A stretch of 64,000 nucleotides of DNA, taken from Candidatus Saccharimonadota bacterium (lineage in GTDB: Bacteria > Patescibacteriota > Saccharimonadia > Saccharimonadales > Saccharimonadaceae). The position numbers and the translations under genes are program-made. Positions 7,560 through 15,102 of the stretch are shown piece after piece; within the stretch, counting starts at the first letter, position 1; every line of letters begins with the position of its first letter. Under the pieces are notes generated by a model. That model worked only from the letters and a program-made list of their open reading frames with translations. It had not been told where the DNA came from and did no database searches. The stretch lies in the NCBI GenBank assembly GCA_017405265.1, contig JAFRAS010000007.1, forward strand, positions 3,524 through 67,523. The letters run 5' to 3'.

Positions 7560-9008
7560 TTATATATTATTATTCGGGTTTTGTATAGGTGGATTTTGCC
7601 TCATCTGCCCTGGCGGCGCCGTCGGCGCAATCGGAACGCTCGGCGCTCCCGGCACACCCGGAGCCATCACCTGAGGCGCCGTCGGCGCATTCACCATTCC
7701 CGCCGGCATCACCGGCACCGCCATCTGTTGCCCATTCGGCACCACCGGCTGCGCCATCACGTTCGTCGTTCTCGCTGCAATCGACTCAATCATATCTTGG
7801 CTCTGCTCCGCTACTCGCCGCTTTTCATATTCGTCCGGCGTCAGCCTCGGCAGGGAAAGATAGAACGTTGACCCCTCCCCGAGCATCGACTCCGCCCAAA
7901 CCTTCCCGCCCATCGACTCAGCTCGGAGTTTCACGATATACAGCCCGAGCCCCGTGCCCCCAATCGTCCGCGTGTCCGAATTGTCCGCGCGATAAAACTT
8001 CTGGAACACGTGCGCGAGGTCGTCCTGCGAAATCCCAATCCCCGAATCCGTCACGTTAATCAGCACCCTGTCCCCGTCCCCAAGCAAATTCACCCACACC
8101 GACCCCCCAGCCTTCGTGTATTTAATCGCATTCTCGATATAATTCGCCATAATTTCGGATAAAAAGTTCACGTCCACATTACTATATAATATCTGTTCCA
8201 CCCTCTGCCCCTTCCCACCGGCCCCGAACCCATACTTCAACCCCTTTTCTTCGCATTTATGCTGATAGCCGTCCGCAATCTGTTTCACTACCGTCGAAAT
8301 GTCTGTCGCGCGCATCTTCGGCTTCATCCGCCCGTCGCTCAGCTTCGTCGTATCGAGCAAATCCTGGAACAATTTCCCGAGATGTTGCGACGATTCGTGC
8401 GCCTGTGTAAGATATTTTCGCGCCCTGTCGTCAATCGTTGCCGTCTGCGGATTCATCGCGAGACCGAGGAACCCCTCAATCGACGCCACTGGCGTTCGCA
8501 TCTCGTGCGACGCCGTCGAAACAAACTCCGCCTGTTCATTTTCCTCCGCGAGCTCCCGCGTAATGTCCCGAAAAGTTACGATTTTATACCCATGCATCCC
8601 CTCTGTCGGGCTAATCACGAGCGCAATCGGCGTCCTCTTGTCCCCCGCCGAAACGAGCATCAGCGTCCGGTCTTGAATAATTTCATTCTGGTGCAAAGCC
8701 GCCTGAATCGGCGACTCCTCCGGGCTAATCGACTGCCCATTTTTATCCGCGAGTAGCACAATTCTCCACGCTTCCGCCCCAATCACCTCCTCCGGTCGAA
8801 AACCGGTGAGCGTCATCCCCGCCGGATTCATATAACGAATTATCCCGCGCCCGTCCATCATCATCACTCCCTCATGAATAGACTTCAGCGCCGTCATCGC
8901 CATCTCGGCGGCCTGGTCGCGCTCGGTCGGCTCGACAAACTCAATCCCCGACGCAATCACGCCTCCGTTATATCCGCTAACTTTTTGCTTACGTTTAAAT
9001 AGGCCCAT
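7560..9008 (-). CDS. PAS-domain sensor histidine kinase
   Basis: H-box ASHEMRTP, ENAIKYT, DSGIGI, GGTGLGL. Confidence 0.93.
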   Translation of the reverse strand: MGLFKRKQKVSGYNGGVIASGIEFVEPTERDQAAEMAMTALKSIHEGVMMMDGRGIIRYMNPAGMTLTGFRPEEVIGAEAWRIVLLADKNGQSISPEESPIQAALHQNEIIQDRTLMLVSAGDKRTPIALVISPTEGMHGYKIVTFRDITRELAEENEQAEFVSTASHEMRTPVASIEGFLGLAMNPQTATIDDRARKYLTQAHESSQHLGKLFQDLLDTTKLSDGRMKPKMRATDISTVVKQIADGYQHKCEEKGLKYGFGAGGKGQRVEQILYSNVDVNFLSEIMANYIENAIKYTKAGGSVWVNLLGDGDRVLINVTDSGIGISQDDLAHVFQKFYRADNSDTRTIGGTGLGLYIVKLRAESMGGKVWAESMLGEGSTFYLSLPRLTPDEYEKRRVAEQSQDMIESIAARTTNVMAQPVVPNGQQMAVPVMPAGMVNAPTAPQVMAPGVPGAPSVPIAPTAPPGQMRQNPPIQNPNNNI

Positions 9009-9084
9009 GCTTTTCCGTTTACATTTTTTCTAGCTTATGCTAAAATTGTATCACAAATTTTAAAACTTGTGGTAATATATTTGT

Positions 9085-10926
9085 ATGAATAAAGACGTTC
9101 TCTATGTAAAATCCGACGATGACATGCGTACTATCGCTGGAAAAATTCGCTCCCTCGCGAAAAAAGTCGTAGCCATCGTTCCTCCCGCCGCCTCCCCCGA
9201 ATTATTCTACTCTTCCGCCAACTTGAAAATGCTCATGCGCGTCGCCAACGCCGCCGACAAAATCGCCGTCGTCATCACCGAAGACCCCGCCATCATCCGC
9301 GCCGCCGTCTCCGCCCGCCTCCCCCTCTCCGCCTCCCTCCACTCAAAACCCTACCTCCCGACCTTAGACAACGTGGATGATCTGACTCGCGAAGAGAAAG
9401 GCCTCCCGAGACAACGCGGAGGTCACGACCGAGCATTAGCGCCGGACGCCCGTGACGACGGGCCGTCCGGACGCGTGTCGCGGGAGGCTCTTTCTCGTAG
9501 CGAGTCGGCACCAGACGCCGCTGACGCCTTCACTTCCGCCCCAGTCGCCGCCGAAGATATTTTCGAAAAACCCGAGAAAAAAATCGAAGTAAAAGAGGAA
9601 ACTTCCGAAGAGGAGCCCAACGAACCCGAAGAAGAAGATGATGAACCCGACGACGACCACCTCGAAGCCGCCGACAAAAAGGTTGACCGCGCCGAGAAAA
9701 AACTGAAAAGCGAAGACCGTCGCGAAGAAAAGAAACGTCGCAAAAAAATTATCCTGATTGCCCTCATCGCCGCCTCCATCGTCGGCCTTCTCGTCCTGCT
9801 CCTCGTCTGGGCCTTCGCCATCGCCCCCGCCGCCGACATTTCGATTACGATAAAAACCACTTCCGCGAACTTCGCCGAGAACGTCTCCTTCGTGAACGAA
9901 CTCTCTGCTGAAGACGCCGAAGCCGGGAAGTTCTACCTCGACCCTCTGACTTATTCCGAGACCAAAGAAGCCACCTTCGAAGCCACCGGAAAAAAAGACA
10001 TCGGTGACCGCGCCCGCGGCAGCCTCACTCTTTACTACACCTTCCGCGCCAACAGCGCCGGCGAATTCACCATCGGCACCACCGTCAGCATCCCCGCCGG
10101 CTCGACCTTCGCCCAGGACGGTAAAAATTACTACACCGACTCCGACGCCGAGATAAAACACGATGTCAGTATTTGCCCCGTCGATAACAACTTCCTCGCC
10201 AACGGCTGCACCCAATCCGTCACCGTCCGCATCTCCTCCGCCGACATTGGCGAAACTTACAACGCGAACGCTAACGCCGTCTGGACCTCCGGAGTCACCG
10301 GCATCACTGCGAAAAACCCCGAAGCCATCTCTGGCGGTTTCGCGAAAACCATCACCGTCCTCTCCCAGGCCGACGTTGATCGCGCCACCGCCGCCCTCAT
10401 CCCCTCCTCGAAGTCCGACATCCTTCCCCTCCTCGAGGACGGTATGAAAAAGAACTACATCTTAATCGACGATTCCTACTCTTACGAAGCTGGCGAGATC
10501 GAACTGAGTAAAACTCAAGACGAAGAAATCAAAGACGGCGAAAAAGTCACCGCAAAACGTAAATTCGACTACAAAATTAACACCCTGGACTCCTCCGCCC
10601 TCGAAAAATTCGTCATTTCCTCGGTGAAAAACCTCGGCGCCGACCAAAAAATCTACGCCGTCACTACCCCCTTCATCCAAAGATACATCGTCAGCGACTC
10701 CGGCATCACTGGCCGTCTCTCTGCCACTTATAAATACGGTCCCGAAGTCACCTCCGACCAAGTCCTCGAAATGGCCAAGGGCCAAAAAATCGGCGACCTC
10801 CGCTCCCGCCTGAAATCCGTCAACGGCGTCGATACCGTGACAATCAACCCCTCCTTCCCCTGGGTCACCGCCGTCCCGAACGATTCGAACAAAATAACCA
10901 TTAACATAGAGGTGAAAGAACAATGA
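9085..10926 (+). CDS. Bitopic membrane protein with baseplate-J-like extracellular region
   Basis: Acidic cytoplasmic linker, one TM, IPAGSTF..G..Y and ISGG motifs; contains a palindromic insert. Confidence 0.65.
   Translation: MNKDVLYVKSDDDMRTIAGKIRSLAKKVVAIVPPAASPELFYSSANLKMLMRVANAADKIAVVITEDPAIIRAAVSARLPLSASLHSKPYLPTLDNVDDLTREEKGLPRQRGGHDRALAPDARDDGPSGRVSREALSRSESAPDAADAFTSAPVAAEDIFEKPEKKIEVKEETSEEEPNEPEEEDDEPDDDHLEAADKKVDRAEKKLKSEDRREEKKRRKKIILIALIAASIVGLLVLLLVWAFAIAPAADISITIKTTSANFAENVSFVNELSAEDAEAGKFYLDPLTYSETKEATFEATGKKDIGDRARGSLTLYYTFRANSAGEFTIGTTVSIPAGSTFAQDGKNYYTDSDAEIKHDVSICPVDNNFLANGCTQSVTVRISSADIGETYNANANAVWTSGVTGITAKNPEAISGGFAKTITVLSQADVDRATAALIPSSKSDILPLLEDGMKKNYILIDDSYSYEAGEIELSKTQDEEIKDGEKVTAKRKFDYKINTLDSSALEKFVISSVKNLGADQKIYAVTTPFIQRYIVSDSGITGRLSATYKYGPEVTSDQVLEMAKGQKIGDLRSRLKSVNGVDTVTINPSFPWVTAVPNDSNKITINIEVKEQ
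9382..9508. repeat. Intragenic coding palindrome, family B
   Basis: Arms CTGACTCGC..GAGAAAGGCCTCCCGAGACA / TGTCGCGGGAGGCTCTTTCTC..GCGAGTCGG; core 61/70 identical to the gatA copy. Confidence 0.92.
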
Positions 10927-12416
10927 AACTCATCGCACTTGACGTCGGCGAAAAACGCATCGGCGTCGCCAAAGCCGACACATCAGTTTTAATCGCCGTC
11001 CCGGTCGGCACTTTCAATGTTGACGGCACCGAATTCGACCAAATCTCTCGCCTCTCCCGGGTTTATGGCTCCACTTTTTTCGTCATCGGCCTCCCTCGTA
11101 ACAGTAAAGGCGAAGAAACCGCCCAGTCCGCCTACTCCCGCAACTTCGCGAAACAACTGAAAGAAAAAATCCCCGGCGCGAAAGTCACCTTCGAAGACGA
11201 ATCTCTGACTTCCGTGATGGCCGAAGACCGCCTAAAAAACAGACCCCACAAAAAGGGCGACATTGACGCCGAAGCCGCGACGATTATTCTCCAGACTTTC
11301 CTTGAGCGCCTCGCGAAAAAAACCGGCACGAAAATCGACAACCCCGAGAATAAAAAACACATCGGAAAATTCTTCGTCGCTCTGATTTCAATTCTCTTAG
11401 TCCTCGGTGTGGCCGCGAGCGGCGCTTTTCTCTGGTATAACAGCTCCCTCTCTCCTGTTGACACTTCTTGTGGCGACGCCTGTAGTAAAGTTGAATTTAG
11501 TGTGAAAGACGGCGAATCGACCGCCGACATCGCGACGAACCTCGAATCCGCGAAACTCGTAAAATCCGCCCTCTCTTTCCGCATTTTGACCCACCTGAAA
11601 TTCTCTGGCGAAACCTATAAATCCGGCACTTATTATTTCTCCACCAACCAATCCCCCGAAGACATCGCGAAAGCCATGGTCGAGGGCGCCGACGCCACCA
11701 ACGTTTTCTGGTTTACTCTTCTTCCCGGTGGTACTATCATGGACGCGAAAAAGGCGTTCAAATCCGCCGGCTACTCCGACGAAGCCATTGAAAAAGGCTT
11801 CTCTGCTGACTTCTCCGGTCGCATGACCACCGAGGGAAAGCCCGAAAACTCCTCTCTCGAGGGCTATCTTTACGGCGAAACTTACCAATTCTACTCTGGC
11901 GAATCCGTCGAAAACATCCTCTCCTCTTATCTCGACGGTCTCGCCATCGTCGTCGCGAAAAATAACCTGAAAGAAAAATATGCGGAGCACGGCCTGAGCC
12001 TTTACGAGGGCATTGTCTTGGCCTCCATCGTCCAAAAAGAAGCCCACTCTGCCGATATGCCGACCGTCGCGAGCGTCTTCTTGAATCGCCTAAAATATGG
12101 CATCCCTCTGGGCTCCGACGTCACCGTAAAATACGCCCTCGACCTCGTCGACCCGAACCGCGAAGTTTACAACAACAACGCCGACGCTCTCGCTATCGAC
12201 TCCTGTTATAACACCCGAAGAAACACCGGTCTGCCTTGTGGCCCCATCTCGAGCCCCGGCCTTTCCGCTCTCCTCGCTGTCGCCTCCCCGGCCGACACTG
12301 ATTATCTCTATTTCCTGACCGGCGACGATGGCGCCATGTATTACGCCCACACCGAAGCCGAACATGAAGCGAACATCCGCGACCACTGCCAAGTTGCTTG
12401 TGCCGCTGCCTTGTGA
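10923..12416 (+). CDS. mltG: YqgF/RuvX fused to endolytic transglycosylase MltG
   Basis: N-terminal ALDVGEKRIGVA, DESLTS, IDAEAATIILQ; C-terminal LEGYLYGETY, LASIVQKEA, YNT..GLP.GPI. Confidence 0.9.
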   Translation: MKLIALDVGEKRIGVAKADTSVLIAVPVGTFNVDGTEFDQISRLSRVYGSTFFVIGLPRNSKGEETAQSAYSRNFAKQLKEKIPGAKVTFEDESLTSVMAEDRLKNRPHKKGDIDAEAATIILQTFLERLAKKTGTKIDNPENKKHIGKFFVALISILLVLGVAASGAFLWYNSSLSPVDTSCGDACSKVEFSVKDGESTADIATNLESAKLVKSALSFRILTHLKFSGETYKSGTYYFSTNQSPEDIAKAMVEGADATNVFWFTLLPGGTIMDAKKAFKSAGYSDEAIEKGFSADFSGRMTTEGKPENSSLEGYLYGETYQFYSGESVENILSSYLDGLAIVVAKNNLKEKYAEHGLSLYEGIVLASIVQKEAHSADMPTVASVFLNRLKYGIPLGSDVTVKYALDLVDPNREVYNNNADALAIDSCYNTRRNTGLPCGPISSPGLSALLAVASPADTDYLYFLTGDDGAMYYAHTEAEHEANIRDHCQVACAAAL

Positions 12417-12431
12417 TATAATAGATAAGTT

Positions 12432-13526
12432 ATGATGGCGAAAAAACGTCTGACAAAACACCTTTTTCTGCAAATTTTCACCTATCTTGCCGTCTCTGCA
12501 GTCGTCTTTTTGCTAATCTTCTTCGGCTCCCTTGAAAAACGCAACGCCACCTCTGTTTTGAACCTGAAAAAGAGCTCTTATGAGGACGTTTCCGTTGACG
12601 AAATCTCCGAACTTTACCTCGCCGCGACCGTCGCCGAGTCCGCCCGCCTCGACTCCGCCCCGACCATCAACACCGATTATTATTCCGCCATTTCCCAATA
12701 CAACATTAACCAGACCTCGAGTTCCCCCTCGAAAATCGAAAAACCGACCATCACTGACACCTCTTCCTATTCTCGCGGTGTCGTCCCCCACGTCGTCGCC
12801 GAGGGCGAAACTCTGGACTCGATTATCGCGAACTCCGGCGTCGCCGGACTCACCTCCGACCAAGTCCGCTGGTCGAACAACATGAAAAACTCGAATGTCA
12901 GCGTCGGCCAAACTCTCTACCTCCCCTCCGTCGCCGGCATCGTTTACACCGTGAAAGACGGCGACACTGTTGACTCTCTGGCGAGCAAATACGGCTCCGA
13001 CGCCTCCTCTATTGTCACCTATAACGACCTCGAAACCGACCAAACTCTCGAAAAAGGCCAAAGAATCATCATCGCCTCCGGCGTCCTCCCCGAAACCGAG
13101 CGCCCCGAATACGTCCCGCCCGCCCCGACCCCGAGATACAACTACTACGTCTCCTACTCCTCTGGTAACCCTTACCCCCGTGGCCAATGCACCTTCTGGT
13201 CCTGGCAATGGCGCAACGACAACATGGGTCCCCAATACGCCATCCCCTCGAACCTTGGCAACGCCCGCTACTGGGACGACAACACTCGCGGCTCTTACGT
13301 CGTCGATAAAAACCCGAGCTACGGCGCCGTCTTCGTCGACGAAGGCGGCTGGTACGGCCACGTCGGTATCGTCACCTCTGTGAACGCCGACGGCTCCATC
13401 GACACCTCCGAAATGAACGTTTATGTCGCCGGCTGTGGTTGGAACATCGTCTGCTCTCGCCACTTCGAGCAGAGCACCTGGTCCGCCTGGTCCTTCATCC
13501 ACCAAAAACAGGGAACCGACCCCTGA
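12432..13526 (+). CDS. LysM x2 + CHAP peptidoglycan hydrolase
   Basis: Two LysM repeats; NPYPRGQCT, GNARYW, YGHVGIV, SEMN. Confidence 0.92.
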   Translation: MMAKKRLTKHLFLQIFTYLAVSAVVFLLIFFGSLEKRNATSVLNLKKSSYEDVSVDEISELYLAATVAESARLDSAPTINTDYYSAISQYNINQTSSSPSKIEKPTITDTSSYSRGVVPHVVAEGETLDSIIANSGVAGLTSDQVRWSNNMKNSNVSVGQTLYLPSVAGIVYTVKDGDTVDSLASKYGSDASSIVTYNDLETDQTLEKGQRIIIASGVLPETERPEYVPPAPTPRYNYYVSYSSGNPYPRGQCTFWSWQWRNDNMGPQYAIPSNLGNARYWDDNTRGSYVVDKNPSYGAVFVDEGGWYGHVGIVTSVNADGSIDTSEMNVYVAGCGWNIVCSRHFEQSTWSAWSFIHQKQGTDP

Positions 13527-13569
13527 TACATCTTGACTTTTTGGCAGGTTTGTGCTATAATAGAGTATT

Positions 13570-14853
13570 ATGTTTATCGATCAGGCGAAAGTGTATGTAA
13601 AAGCAGGCAAAGGTGGCAACGGTGCCATCTCTTTTCGCCGTGAAATCTATATCCCGAAAGGCGGCCCGGACGGTGGCGACGGTGGCCGTGGTGGCTCGGT
13701 AATTTTCAAGGCTGACAACAATGCTGACACTCTGGAAGATTTCCGCTACAATCCGAAACTCATCGCCGAAGACGGTCGCCCCGGCTCCGGCACTCGCTCT
13801 TCTGGTCGCTCCGGCGCCGACCTGATCGTGAAAGTCCCCCTCGGTACCAGCGTTTTGAGAGACGGGAAACTCATCGCCGACCTCGTGAAAAACGGCGAAA
13901 CTGCCGTGATCGCGAAGGGCGGCTCCGGTGGCTACGGCAACGCCCATTTCAAGTCCTCAACCCGCCAGACCCCGACAATTGCCGAACTCGGCGAACCGGG
14001 CGAAGAATTCGAAGCGACTCTCGAATTGAAACTCATCGCCGACGTTGGTCTTGTCGGCCTCCCGAACGCCGGAAAATCCACTTTTCTCTCCGTTGTCTCT
14101 TCCGCCCGCCCGAAAATCGCGAATTACCCCTTCACCACTCTCGTCCCGATGCTCGGTGTCGCAAAAGTTGACGACCACGAGCTCTTAATCGCCGACATCC
14201 CCGGCCTCATCGAAGGCGCGAGCGAGGGAAAGGGCCTCGGCCACGATTTTCTCCGCCACGTTTCCCGTACCGCTGTCATTCTCCACCTCATCGACGTTTA
14301 TAACGACGACGCCGGCCAGGCCTACAAAACGATTAGAACCGAGCTGAAAAAATACGGCGACCTCGCCAAAAAGCCCGAAATTATCGCCCTGACGAAATGC
14401 GAAGGCCTCTCCGAGGATATTCTTGCCCTCCAGATTAAATCCATCAAAAAGCATGCGCGAAACGCCCGCATTTTCACTATCTCCTCCCCCGCCCACCAGG
14501 GAATCACCGAACTCCTCCGCGAATTATATACAACCGTTCGCGACGTTCGGGTCCTGCCTCCTGAAGATTCTCATGATGCCCGGGTGGTGTCGCCGGAGGG
14601 GTCCCAAAAATCGCCTCGCAATGCAATAGATGCTCGGGTGACTCCGTCGGAAAGGCTCCCAAAATCGGCCCGCAACGAAGTGAGGACACGATTTTGGGAA
14701 GGAGACGGAGGCAGGACCCGAGCATCGATATCTTTTTCGGGAGACGGAGGCAGGACCCGAACGCCAGAAAGCGCTTTGCCTACCATTTCTCTGAAGCCTG
14801 CCAAAAAACACCACCGCGAACGCTACTCACTTTACCCCGACGAAGACGAATAA
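13570..14853 (+). CDS. obgE: Obg/CgtA GTPase
   Basis: Gly-rich Obg fold, GLPNAGKST, YPFTT, DIPG; atypical C-terminal tail. Confidence 0.97.
   Translation: MFIDQAKVYVKAGKGGNGAISFRREIYIPKGGPDGGDGGRGGSVIFKADNNADTLEDFRYNPKLIAEDGRPGSGTRSSGRSGADLIVKVPLGTSVLRDGKLIADLVKNGETAVIAKGGSGGYGNAHFKSSTRQTPTIAELGEPGEEFEATLELKLIADVGLVGLPNAGKSTFLSVVSSARPKIANYPFTTLVPMLGVAKVDDHELLIADIPGLIEGASEGKGLGHDFLRHVSRTAVILHLIDVYNDDAGQAYKTIRTELKKYGDLAKKPEIIALTKCEGLSEDILALQIKSIKKHARNARIFTISSPAHQGITELLRELYTTVRDVRVLPPEDSHDARVVSPEGSQKSPRNAIDARVTPSERLPKSARNEVRTRFWEGDGGRTRASISFSGDGGRTRTPESALPTISLKPAKKHHRERYSLYPDEDE
14544..14763. repeat. Nested palindromic/direct-repeat insert in obg 3' end, family C
   Basis: 18-bp perfect IR 14544-14561/14746-14763; inner IR 14629-14639/14716-14726; 21-bp DR at 14701 and 14740. 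Confidence 0.9.
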
Positions 14854-14982
14854 TTTCCGGCGCTTACCCCTGTATTCCCGAACACTTCGGGAATATTTTT
14901 TGCTTTTGTCAACCCCAATCCCCGCCACAATTCCCGAAAAAGTCAATATTGACAATTATTTTGCTCGTGCTAAAATAGAGTT

Positions 14983-15072
14983 ACAATTTGAGCATGAACT
15001 GACGTTGAGAGATGCTCAAATTATGTGGAAAAGAAACAGAGATGGCGTGGGTAAACCGCGCCGTTTCATTTT
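14983..15072 (+). ncRNA. Candidate small RNA
   Basis: TTGACA(14949)-16bp-TAAAAT promoter, hairpin AATTTGAGCAT/ATGCTCAAATT, then a terminator-like hairpin; no credible ORF. Confidence 0.45.
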
Positions 15073-15102
15073 CCATTCAATCCCGCGTGATATAATATTT
15101 TT

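Noticed and set aside
9085-10926. Prophage or contractile injection system
   Set aside because: No other phage structural genes; the protein has a TM and sits among housekeeping genes
14873-14900. Third copy of the toxin-associated RNA
   Set aside because: Shares only the GGGAATATTTTT end; lacks the AATA-loop stem and promoter; likely the obg terminator
15038-15070. Fluoride riboswitch (GAUGG...AAACCGC)
   Set aside because: P1 partner and GCUxAUGA motif are absent; folds as a simple hairpin
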